Positions 18,994 to 27,881 of a DNA stretch of 64,000 nt are shown piece after piece. Origin of the DNA: Acidobacteriota bacterium (GTDB taxonomy: Bacteria > Acidobacteriota > UBA890 > WLXD01); assembly GCA_963666055.2 (NCBI GenBank), contig CAXWPH010000015.1, forward strand, positions 1,312,001-1,376,000. Reading direction: 5' to 3'. The translations under genes and the position numbers were made by a program. The stretch's first letter is position 1; each line of letters opens with the position of its first letter. The notes under the pieces were generated by a model that saw nothing but the letters and a program-made list of their open reading frames with translations, searched no databases and was not told the origin of the DNA.

Positions 18994-20460
18994 ATGAGCA
19001 AGCGAGAACCAGGCAAGACGAACGGCGCGGATGCCAAGCTCAGCCGCCGGACCTTCGCAAAGACCTCGGTCGCCGCCGGCACAGCGGCTGTCGCGCTGCC
19101 GAACACGTTGCTCGGCTCGACCCCGGCCAAGAGCGCCGCGACGAAGACGACCTATGGTCGTGCGGCTCGTGTCGAGATGCCAGACGAGCCCGGTGGCTAC
19201 GGTGGCGGGGATGCGGCTCCCTTGACCACGCCGGTCTCCCAGAGAGCCAGCGCGGACGTCTGGAAGGACGGCCTGACCCTTCCCGCCGAGTACTACCTCG
19301 ACCCAAAGCACTTCGACGCCGATGAAGCGTTCTTGGCGGAGAACATCTGGCAGTACACCGACCAGGCGAGCCGCATTCCGAACCCGGGTGACTTCTACGT
19401 GTTCGAGTTCGGTCGCTCCGAGTCCATCCTGATCGTTCGTGGTACGGATAACGAGATCCGAGGCTTCTACAACGTGTGCCGCCACCGCGGCTCGCGCCTG
19501 TGCCGCCACGACGCCGACGCGCCCCCGAGCGACCCGCGCCTGTCGGTTAAGCAGCTCGGCCAGTCCGGTAACTCACCGGTGTTCCGCTGCCCATACCATG
19601 CCTGGACCTATGACACCGAGGGCAGCCTGATCTACGCCTACGGCATGCAGGACGACTTCGACCCGGCCGACAACGGTTTGCTTCCCTGCCACACGCGGGT
19701 CGCCGAAGGCCAGGTCTTCGTCAACCTGTCCAAGTCGGACACGCCACCGGACTTCGAGTCGGCTGTGCGCTCGGTTACTGCTATCGGCGAGAAGTGGAGC
19801 CTCAAGGATCTGAAGGTCGCGGCACGCGAGTGCGTCCCGATCAACGCCAACTGGAAGCTGTTCATCGAGAACTTCAGGGAGTGCTATCACTGCGGCCCGT
19901 CGCACACGAATCTGGTGGCGACGCACAACTGGAACCTGGAGCTCACGCGCGAGCAGAGAGACGAAAGGGCTGCTGAGGTCGCGGCGTGGGTTCCGGAGGA
20001 GTCCCGACCGGGGCAGCTCACCGGGAGCATGGGCGGGTTGCTCAATAGCGGCTTCGTCACCGGGTCGGTCGACGGCAAGCCGGTCTCAATCCTCCTTCCC
20101 AACATCACCGGGTGGAACCACGAGACGGACCAAGCCGGGTCAGGCCAGACCACCGGCTTCTGGCAAGCCTACGACGATCACGTTGTGGTAGCACGGTTCA
20201 CGCCGCGGACGGAGAAGCTCACCGATTGCGAGACTGTCTGGCTGGTGCATCCCGACGCCGTCGAAGGTCGCGACTATGATCCGGACAACGTCAAGGCGCT
20301 GTGGTACATCACGCTCCTGGAAGACATCTGGATCACCGACAACAACCACGTGGGCATCGAGTCCGGCGCCTACGCTGCCAGTCGTTACTCCACCTTCGAG
20401 GGCGGCCCCAACGGCTTCGTCAACTGGTACATGAAAGAAGTCGTCAAGGCCGGGGACTAG
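18994..20460 (+). CDS. Rieske non-heme iron oxygenase alpha subunit with Tat-like signal
   Basis: LSRRTFAK; CRH...CPYH Rieske ligands; ECYHCGPSH plus a downstream Asp for mononuclear Fe. Confidence 0.88.
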   Translation: MSKREPGKTNGADAKLSRRTFAKTSVAAGTAAVALPNTLLGSTPAKSAATKTTYGRAARVEMPDEPGGYGGGDAAPLTTPVSQRASADVWKDGLTLPAEYYLDPKHFDADEAFLAENIWQYTDQASRIPNPGDFYVFEFGRSESILIVRGTDNEIRGFYNVCRHRGSRLCRHDADAPPSDPRLSVKQLGQSGNSPVFRCPYHAWTYDTEGSLIYAYGMQDDFDPADNGLLPCHTRVAEGQVFVNLSKSDTPPDFESAVRSVTAIGEKWSLKDLKVAARECVPINANWKLFIENFRECYHCGPSHTNLVATHNWNLELTREQRDERAAEVAAWVPEESRPGQLTGSMGGLLNSGFVTGSVDGKPVSILLPNITGWNHETDQAGSGQTTGFWQAYDDHVVVARFTPRTEKLTDCETVWLVHPDAVEGRDYDPDNVKALWYITLLEDIWITDNNHVGIESGAYAASRYSTFEGGPNGFVNWYMKEVVKAGD

Positions 20461-20539
20461 CAGGCCGTGGTGAAAGTGTGGTGGGTCTGGCGACAGGGTC
20501 TTGCGAAGTGGTGGCGAGAAGAAAGGAGGAGGCGATGGT
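20461..20539 (+). mobile_element. Left half of the CTAG-targeting MITE
   Basis: Near-identical to the left part of 39256-39423; starts right after the Rieske TAG stop within CTAG. Confidence 0.85.
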
Positions 20540-20683
20540 GAGGTCGGCAAGCTTGCCGACTTGATCGTCGTCGATCGCGATGTCTTCGCGATCGATCCGC
20601 GTGACATCTCGGATACCCAGGTACTCCTCACCCTCATGGAAGGTGTGCCGGTTCACGGCGACCTCGAGGACCTGGAGCAGTGA
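20540..20683 (+). pseudogene. Amidohydrolase C-terminal fragment
   Basis: EVGKLADLIVVDRD...VLLTLMEG. Confidence 0.75.
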
Positions 20684-20709
20684 GAAGCGCTACGCGCTAG
20701 CCGTACTCT

Positions 20710-20820
20710 CACCATGAAGTGGGTGCCATCCTCGGTGCCGATATCGTGAACGACCGCGATGTGCGGATGGTTCAGAGCGGCGGCAGCACGAGCCTCCCGC
20801 TCGAAGCGGGCGAGACGCGC
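20710..20820 (-). pseudogene. Kinase fragment (subdomains III-V)
   Basis: [37 protein letters not shown]. Confidence 0.85.
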
Positions 20821-21003
20821 TAGAGCACGGAGGGTTCCACGGAAGACGGCTTCTCTCGGGGTTCAGATTGTCCTTTAGATGGCACCCGTCGCCGGTGTGG
20901 CTCTCCGCCGTAGCCTCGACTATTTCCTGGAGGTCGAAGAATGACGACGGAAAGTGTGGATGTTAAAGGGAGGCAGACAGGCGACCGTGCTAGGGTCGTT
21001 CGG

Positions 21004-22395
21004 ATGAATCGCCTCGTGCTCGGCACCGTCGGGTCAGCCCTGCTGGCGATGATGGCCACATCCGCGGGCGGTCAGGAGCAGTGGCCACGGTTTCGCGGTG
21101 CAAGGGCGGGTGCCGTTGTCGACGATCCCGCCCTGCCCGACGCCTGGAGCGAGACCGACAACGTCGTCTGGAAGATCGACGTTCCCGGGCAGAGCTGGAG
21201 TTCGCCCGTGGTATGGGGCGATCACGTCTTCGTCACCTCCGCGGTCAGCGCCGGTGACGAGCCCGCTCCGGTACCTGGCCTCTACGAGGAGGGACACGAC
21301 TTCGGGGGGTTGAGATCATCGGCGCAGCATCGCTGGGTGGTGTACGACGTCGACTTCGCTACCGGAAACCTCAACTGGGAGCGCCAGCTGCACCGCGCCA
21401 ACCCGCCATTCGCCAGGCACATCAAGAACACCTACGCGACCGAAACGCCGGTCACGGACGGCCGATATCTGTACGTGTACTTCGGCAGTATCGGTCTCGT
21501 CGGCGCCTTGAACATGCGCGGCGAGACCGTCTGGACCACGAAGGTCGATGTGTTCGAGACGCGGTGGCAGTATGGCCCGGCTGCCTCGCCGGCCCTGCAC
21601 GACGACCGCCTGTACATCCTCAACGACAACGCCACCGGAACGTTCCTCGTTGCCTTCGACACGGAGACCGGCGAGGAGATCTGGAGGGTGCTTCGCGAAG
21701 CGCACGCCGGGGCGAACTGGTCGAGGAGCTGGTCAACGCCGTTCGTATGGGAGAACGAGCTGCGCACCGAGATCGTCACGACAGGAACCGCCGGCGTCCG
21801 CTCGTACGATCTCGATGGCAACCTGCTGTGGCAGATCGACGGTACGTCGTCGATGACCGTTCCCACACCTTTCGCCAAGCACGGGCTGGTCTATATCAGT
21901 GCGGGTTACCCAGGGGGAGCGCTGCGTCCGGTCTACGCTGTTCGCCCCGGCGCCTCCGGCGACATCACGCTCTGGGAAAAAGGTGGCCCGTCGACCGCTT
22001 TCCCCGGCCCGCTGAGATCGTCAGAACACATCGCCTGGTCGTACCCACTGCTCGGTCCTTACAGCGTGTCGACGCTGGTGTACGGGGACTACCACTACAC
22101 GTTGCTCGACCGGGGGTTCCTTCTCTGCCACGATGCTCGCACCGGAGAAGAGATCTACGGCCGCCAGCGCATCGAGATCGGCAACGGTTTCACCGCCTCG
22201 CCGTGGGGCTACAACGGCAAGATCTTCCTGCTGAGCGAGGACGGCGATACGTTCGTGGTGCAAGCGGGGCCGGAATTCAAGATTCTCGGCAAGAATACGC
22301 TCGATGAGATGTCGCTGGCAACGCCGGCCGTGGTGCGCGGAAGCGTGATTCTGCGGACACAATCGAAGCTCTACCGGATCGCCAGAGGCACGTAG
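21004..22395 (+). CDS. PQQ-binding-like beta-propeller protein
   Basis: QWPRFRG, WSSPVVWG, WSTP; paralog of 43431-44906. Confidence 0.87.
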   Translation: MNRLVLGTVGSALLAMMATSAGGQEQWPRFRGARAGAVVDDPALPDAWSETDNVVWKIDVPGQSWSSPVVWGDHVFVTSAVSAGDEPAPVPGLYEEGHDFGGLRSSAQHRWVVYDVDFATGNLNWERQLHRANPPFARHIKNTYATETPVTDGRYLYVYFGSIGLVGALNMRGETVWTTKVDVFETRWQYGPAASPALHDDRLYILNDNATGTFLVAFDTETGEEIWRVLREAHAGANWSRSWSTPFVWENELRTEIVTTGTAGVRSYDLDGNLLWQIDGTSSMTVPTPFAKHGLVYISAGYPGGALRPVYAVRPGASGDITLWEKGGPSTAFPGPLRSSEHIAWSYPLLGPYSVSTLVYGDYHYTLLDRGFLLCHDARTGEEIYGRQRIEIGNGFTASPWGYNGKIFLLSEDGDTFVVQAGPEFKILGKNTLDEMSLATPAVVRGSVILRTQSKLYRIARGT

Positions 22396-22405
22396 CGATG
22401 AGCCG

Positions 22406-23422
22406 ATGAGTCGCCGCTGGGCGCTGTCGGCCCGTTGCGCCGCGGTCTTCGTTGCGCTGATCTTCGTTGCCCCGGTGCCTGGTGCCGTGCCGGCAATCAC
22501 TCAAGGAGTGCACCTCGAACAGGTCGGCTCGATTCCCGTGCCGGCGGCGCCGCGGGCCGGGTATCTGGCGAGCCAGGTGACGGCACGCGATGGCTACGCC
22601 TACATCTCGCTAGGCAAGGCCTTCACGATCTACGAGGTCTCGGATCCAGCCGCACCGCAGCGCCTGGGATCGTACGAGTTCCCCGACGAGATCTGGAGGT
22701 TCAGGATCACCGGCTCGCGCGCGTACGTCGGCGCCAACTTCTTCGGGCTCGGCATCCTCGACATCTCGGATCCGACGGCGCCGAGGCTCGTAGGCACGCA
22801 CGACACACTCGGTCAGGCCTCGATCGCGGCGGCCTTCGAAACCAAGGTCGTGATCATCGACCACATGGAAGGCCTGGTGATGGTCGACGTATCTGACGAG
22901 GCCGAGCCAGTGCTGGTCGGTTCTTACTACATTGACGGCTACGCTCGCGATGTCGTCACGTTCGGGTCGCTGGCGTTTGCGACGGAATCGCCCAGCGGAC
23001 TCTATGTGTTCGACCTCTCGAAGCCGGGTCCACCAGAGCCGGTCAGCATACTCCACGCTGCCGGCGCGCCGCGGGCTATCGAGGTGTCGTCCGCGGGTGG
23101 CGGGTCGACGCTCCTGTGCGGTGCCAGCGGCGGCAATCTCCAGGTGTACGACGTGTCGGATCCGCTGGCGCCGGTCAGGGCGGCGACGTTCGAGACGCCA
23201 GGTCGTGCCGAGCACGTGGCGCTCGATGGTGCGGTCGCCTACGTTGCCGATGGCGAGGCGGGGATTCAGATCGTGGATCTGTCAACGCCCACGGAGCCGA
23301 GACTGCTCGGCTCCTACGAATTGGCAAAGCGGGCGCACTATGTGTCCGTCGCCGGCTCACACGTCTTCGTCGTCGCGGGCGACGAGGAAGACGCGGAAGT
23401 GGTGATCCTGAGACGGTCCTGA
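22406..23422 (+). CDS. LVIVD-repeat protein, secreted
   Basis: Repeated GL.I.D.SDP..P motifs; signal peptide. Confidence 0.85.
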   Translation: MSRRWALSARCAAVFVALIFVAPVPGAVPAITQGVHLEQVGSIPVPAAPRAGYLASQVTARDGYAYISLGKAFTIYEVSDPAAPQRLGSYEFPDEIWRFRITGSRAYVGANFFGLGILDISDPTAPRLVGTHDTLGQASIAAAFETKVVIIDHMEGLVMVDVSDEAEPVLVGSYYIDGYARDVVTFGSLAFATESPSGLYVFDLSKPGPPEPVSILHAAGAPRAIEVSSAGGGSTLLCGASGGNLQVYDVSDPLAPVRAATFETPGRAEHVALDGAVAYVADGEAGIQIVDLSTPTEPRLLGSYELAKRAHYVSVAGSHVFVVAGDEEDAEVVILRRS

Positions 23423-23538
23423 CGAGCGATTTCGAGTGCCACATCCACCGGGACGCGCCCGGAAGCCTTGATCCGCTCCGCCAGACTCTGACCCCCGACC
23501 AGCTCCATGGCGATGAAGCGCACGCCATGGAACCCGGC
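23419..23538 (-). pseudogene. Kinase fragment fused back-to-back with a kinase start
   Basis: - strand GVRFIAMELVGGQSLAERIKASGRVPVDVALEIARQ (23526-23419); + strand GCCATGGAACCCGGC (23524-23538). Confidence 0.8.
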
Positions 23539-23759
23539 TGCGCTCCGCTCCGCCGGCCTCAACAACCCCTTGTCAGCACCGAGTTGCTGAGATAACACGT
23601 GGAACTAACGTTGGGTCAGGTCACGTTTCCTGCCGGATTCGGTCATGAATCCGTACGGGAGCTATGGCGGTCAGCTGTTGACGTGGGAGAGGCGATCAGA
23701 GGGACCGCCGCGGGCTGGCTGATGTTCTCGTGAGCATCCAGCCGAAGGAGGGAGCATAT

Positions 23760-24974
23760 ATGCGCGCGATCGGTGGTGTCATTCTGCTAGTTGGCGCGAT
23801 TCAGGTGGCGACTCTGGGCCAGGGCGGCAAACGGGTCATCAAGATGACCGGCGAGGACCGCGATACGCCGGCAAGTGCGGCAGTCGTCGCCGGAGACTAT
23901 GTGTACGTATCCGGACAGTTCGGACGCGAACCTGACGGTAGGTTCGGCGACATCAAGACCCAAACGCGTCGGGCTCTCGACAACGTTTCCGCGATCCTGC
24001 ACGAAGCAGGCACCAGCCTTGAACAGGCGGTGTCCAGTTACGTGTACCTGCGGAGCAAGGGTGACTTTAGGGCCATGAACGACGAGTACAAGGCCTATCC
24101 AGGCTGGCCCAAGACCACACACAAAACTGCGCGAGGCGATGATTTGGACCTCCCCGTGCGGACGACGATGACCGGCGACCTATTGGCACCATCCGGAGCG
24201 CTGGTGGAAATTACGATCATCGCACTTCGCAAGGGAGCTGAGCGCACGATCGTCCAACCGGCGGAATGGGGGAAGTCGAATCTGCCCTACCCGTGGGCAA
24301 TCAAGTCAGGCGACACGCTGTGGATTTCGGGACTCGTCGCCAGCAACAAGCGAGGGGGCCAGTACATACGTGGCGACATGAGAAAGGATGTGACCCAAAC
24401 CCTGACTGATATCGGGGAGGCGTTGTCGACGGCTGGAATGTCACATGCCGACGTCGTCTTCTCGCGTGTCTATGTCCAGGATCAGGCGCTGGCGAACGAG
24501 ATGGACGAGGCCTATCGCACATTCTTCCCCGTAGACCCTCCGGCGCGAGCGACCCTCAGGGCCGGCATCATGAGCACCATCCTTGACGAAATCACCACGA
24601 TCGCCGTCGAGGCTCCGAAAACGATTGTCAGCATTCCGAATGCTGACGTCGCGCCCTCGGCGAGCCCCGTGGTCGTTGTGGGCAATCGTTTCTTCAGCAG
24701 CGGTATTCAGGGCGTGACCGACGCGACGGGAGGTGACGCGAACGCGCAGACGCGGGAAGTGCTGGCAAGGCTGGGTCATGGGTTGAAAACAGCCGGCTTC
24801 GAGTGGCGGCACGTCGTTGATGCGTGGGTTCTTCTGAGTGATACGCGCGATTACCCTGCGATGGTTGATGCGTACCGCGAGGTCTTCACAGGGGATTATC
24901 CGGCTTGGACCGTGGTCGGCGAACAGCCGCTTGGTCGTGGCGTCGTGCAAATTCAAATCATGGCGGTGAAGTAA
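23760..24974 (+). CDS. RidA/YjgF-family protein with three tandem domains and a signal peptide
   Basis: Three SG...P(V/A)xxx units: PVRTT, PARAT, PAWTV. Confidence 0.85.
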   Translation: MRAIGGVILLVGAIQVATLGQGGKRVIKMTGEDRDTPASAAVVAGDYVYVSGQFGREPDGRFGDIKTQTRRALDNVSAILHEAGTSLEQAVSSYVYLRSKGDFRAMNDEYKAYPGWPKTTHKTARGDDLDLPVRTTMTGDLLAPSGALVEITIIALRKGAERTIVQPAEWGKSNLPYPWAIKSGDTLWISGLVASNKRGGQYIRGDMRKDVTQTLTDIGEALSTAGMSHADVVFSRVYVQDQALANEMDEAYRTFFPVDPPARATLRAGIMSTILDEITTIAVEAPKTIVSIPNADVAPSASPVVVVGNRFFSSGIQGVTDATGGDANAQTREVLARLGHGLKTAGFEWRHVVDAWVLLSDTRDYPAMVDAYREVFTGDYPAWTVVGEQPLGRGVVQIQIMAVK

Positions 24975-25185
24975 CTAGCCCGCCGGACCGGACGGTCGTC
25001 GGTTCATGGGGTCAGAATTGCGTCTCCGTCCCACCGATGCCGGGATGGACAATCACTCCGACTACGTTACCCATTGCCCGTGCGGGGCGACTCCGACGGA
25101 TCAACCGACCTGAACGGCCAGCGCACGGTAATTCTCTGACGGTAGGTGCCGGCTTCAGGCGCTGCGCATCTTCCGGGCAGGGTCA

Positions 25186-26670
25186 CTACGTGCCGCAGAA
25201 AGTCTGTCGCACGACTTGCTCCGGTCGTGGCGGCAGGGCCAGGGGCGATTGGGACGGATCGTACTCAAAGGGCTTTGCCAGACGCTCCACCAGGGCGTGA
25301 AATGGCTTGAAATCACTGTCGGTGGTGGCCACCTCAATCGCTGCTTCCACCAGGTGATTGCGCGGAATAAAGGCCGGGTTGGCGGCGTACATGGATTCCT
25401 GTCGGCCGGCGGGCGTGGTCGGTTCCTTTTCCAGTCGCGCCCGCCAACGCTCCAGCCATGAATTGAATACTTGCGGGAATTCAAAAATCGCGCCGACTCC
25501 TTCGTCGCCCGCGTTCCCGTTGGCGAGGTCAGCCAGGCGCCGAAAACTGAGGGTGAAGTCCACACCGGTCTCTGCCATCACTGACAACAGGTCCTGTAGC
25601 AGGGATTCGTCCTCTTCACCCTCGAGCCGGAAGCCAAGCTTGCGAGCAATGCCCTGCTGGTGGGCATCCAGGAACAAATCGGGAAACGCATCGATGCTAT
25701 CCTGCGCCAGCGTTCCGGCTTGCTCCGGGACTTCATCCAGCAGCGGTAACAGGGTCTGCGCCAGACAGGCCAGGTTCCAATGGGCGATGCCGGGCTGGTT
25801 GCGGTAGGCATAACGGCCGCCGTGGTCAATGGAGCTGTAGACGGTGTCGGGGTTGAAATCATCCATGAAGGCACAGGGCCCGTAATCAATGGTTTCCCCG
25901 GAAAGCAGCGTATTGTCCGTATTCATCACCCCGTGGATAAACCCCACCAGTTGCCAGCGGGCCACCAGTTGTGCCTGTTGGCGTACGACTTCCTGCAGCA
26001 GCGCCTGCGCGGGATTGTCTGCCGCGGCCAGGTCCGGGTAGTGGCGAGCTATCACGTGGGCCACCAGCTTTTGTAGTGCCTCGGTATCCTGCTTTGAGGC
26101 GAAAAACTGGAAGGTGCCAATGCGGATATGGCTTTGGGCCACGCGGGCCAGGACTGCGCCCGGCAGGGCGGTCTCCCGGTATACCGGGTCGCCAGTGGTC
26201 ACGGCCGCCAGCGAGCGGGTGGAGGGAATGCCCAGGGACGCCATGGCCTCGCTGACAATGTATTCACGCAATACCGGGCCCAGGGGGGCGCGGCCATCGC
26301 CACCGCGCGAATACGGTGTGCGGCCCGAGCCCTTGAGTTGGATATCGTGGCGAATACCGTCCGCGGCGATGACTTCGCCGAGCAGTATGGCCCGACCGTC
26401 ACCCAGTTGCGGGTTCCAGCCACCGAATTGATGACCCGCGTAGACTGTGGCGATGGGATCGGCCCCATCGGGAATCCGATTGCCGGCGATGACCTCGGTA
26501 CCCTCCCGGGATGCCAACCAATCCGGATCGATGCCCAGGTATCGTGCCAGTGTCTTGTTGACCCGGATCGGGCCCGGTGTGGAGACGGGCTCTGGCAACT
26601 GGCGCGAGTAAAAGCGCTCTGGCAGGCGCGCGTAGCTGTTGTCGAAGATCGGGCTGGATTGCTGGCTCAT
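25186..26670 (-). CDS. selO: Protein adenylyltransferase SelO (YdiU)
   Basis: YAGHQFG, QLGDGRA, QLKGSG.TPYSR.GDGRA, HGVMNTDN, C-terminal TFCGT. Confidence 0.95.
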   Translation of the reverse strand: MSQQSSPIFDNSYARLPERFYSRQLPEPVSTPGPIRVNKTLARYLGIDPDWLASREGTEVIAGNRIPDGADPIATVYAGHQFGGWNPQLGDGRAILLGEVIAADGIRHDIQLKGSGRTPYSRGGDGRAPLGPVLREYIVSEAMASLGIPSTRSLAAVTTGDPVYRETALPGAVLARVAQSHIRIGTFQFFASKQDTEALQKLVAHVIARHYPDLAAADNPAQALLQEVVRQQAQLVARWQLVGFIHGVMNTDNTLLSGETIDYGPCAFMDDFNPDTVYSSIDHGGRYAYRNQPGIAHWNLACLAQTLLPLLDEVPEQAGTLAQDSIDAFPDLFLDAHQQGIARKLGFRLEGEEDESLLQDLLSVMAETGVDFTLSFRRLADLANGNAGDEGVGAIFEFPQVFNSWLERWRARLEKEPTTPAGRQESMYAANPAFIPRNHLVEAAIEVATTDSDFKPFHALVERLAKPFEYDPSQSPLALPPRPEQVVRQTFCGT

Positions 26671-26702
26671 GAAATGTCGGCCTGATACGCGGTTAGCGGC
26701 AC
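26667..26702 (-). pseudogene. 11-codon stub of the putative toxin partner (MPLTAYQADIS*)
   Basis: GTG overlaps the end of the upstream small gene; the stop overlaps the selO ATG (ATGA). Confidence 0.45.
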
Positions 26703-26959
26703 AGCCTGGCCGCGACCTGCCACGCTTCCCGACCGCCGTGCTTGCGTAGCTGCTCCGCCACCCAGGGCGCCTGGGTAGCCGTGATCTTCAGATCCGGAGC
26801 ATAGGGCCAGAAACACTGCGCGTGGAACCTGCGATAGGCGCGACCCGCCTCGCGCACTTTGATCATTGCCCGCGCGGTCTCGGGGCTCAGCTCGCGTCGA
26901 CTGGCCTGACCGCCGCGACGGCCGATCGTCGCCAGATAGTCGCGAATCGCGGGTTCCAT
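26693..26959 (-). CDS. Small basic protein, putative antitoxin
   Basis: YLATIGRRGG...FHAQCFW; resembles (from recall) small genes that precede AbiEii-like nucleotidyltransferases. Confidence 0.55.
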   Translation of the reverse strand: MEPAIRDYLATIGRRGGQASRRELSPETARAMIKVREAGRAYRRFHAQCFWPYAPDLKITATQAPWVAEQLRKHGGREAWQVAARLCR

Positions 26960-27258
26960 GCGCACGATCATAACCAGGTTACGATGAGAACCCAAACTCA
27001 TAGAGGCGGTAACCGAGGTACTCGTCAACATTCTCGAGTACGGCATGCATTCGAAGGCGCGATGAAGAGACGGGTCAGCTGCACGGTGTCTCTGATCCTC
27101 GGAGATTGGAATACGCCCAGGGATTTTCCACCCCTCTGCGGAGAGTCGGGACATTGACCAATGGTGCCCCCGCGTAAGAGCCTTCAGGTGGCCTCTGTTC
27201 GCAGGTAGCGCACGGGATTGCGGAAACCCTCGGGCGATGGCTCCTAGTCCACTTACTC

Positions 27259-27282
27259 AACCATCCTGAAAGTCGCCGGAGG
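27259..27282 (+). repeat. 24-bp direct repeat with 39221-39244
   Basis: AACCATCCTG(A/G)AAGTCGCCGGAGG, 23/24 identical. Confidence 0.7.
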
Positions 27283-27289
27283 GACCGAC

Positions 27290-27880
27290 ATGAGCAAGCT
27301 GTCCATTGATCGAAGACAGCTCTTGAAGCTGGGCCTCTCCTCGGGGGTGCTTGCCTCTCTGCCGTTCGCTTGCATCTCTTTGACGCAGGATGACTCCGCC
27401 GAGTTGCTCCAGTTCATTAGCGACTCCGACTTGCCCGTCGATGAGACGCGAACCGGCGTCCTGAGCCAGGATGAGTTCGACGCTCTGTCAACTTTGTGCC
27501 GGTACGTGAACCAGGCCTGGGAACTAGATGCCGACATGCCCCTCTATTTCGGCCGCCTAAGGGCGGACCTCCAATTCAAGACAGATGAGGCACCCAGCTA
27601 CTTGACGGAATACGAGAATGCAGTCGAATTGGTCAATCTGCTGGTAAGCAGCACCTCCGGTGTCGAGCAGGCATGGGCATCCCTTCTCTTTTCAGAATTC
27701 GACGTCGAGAATTTCTCGTCCACAAAACTCGGACGTGCCAGGCGCTTTGTCTTCGCCGAATTGATCACTCATCAGATTCCCATGTCGGGCGCCTTCAAGA
27801 GCTTCGGGCTATGGAACTACAGCGGATATTTTGGTGGTGCGTTCACTGCTCCCGAGAGCTACAGGAAAGGAGCCGCCTAG
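27290..27880 (+). CDS. Tat-signal small subunit of a GMC dehydrogenase (gluconate 2-DH subunit 3-like)
   Basis: IDRRQLLK; C-terminal FG..NY.GY; adjacent to the GMC gene. Confidence 0.65.
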   Translation: MSKLSIDRRQLLKLGLSSGVLASLPFACISLTQDDSAELLQFISDSDLPVDETRTGVLSQDEFDALSTLCRYVNQAWELDADMPLYFGRLRADLQFKTDEAPSYLTEYENAVELVNLLVSSTSGVEQAWASLLFSEFDVENFSSTKLGRARRFVFAELITHQIPMSGAFKSFGLWNYSGYFGGAFTAPESYRKGAA

Positions 27881-27881
27881 C

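Noticed and set aside
25186-25200. SelO as a selenoprotein
   Set aside because: The C-terminus encodes Cys (TFCGT) and ends at TAG.
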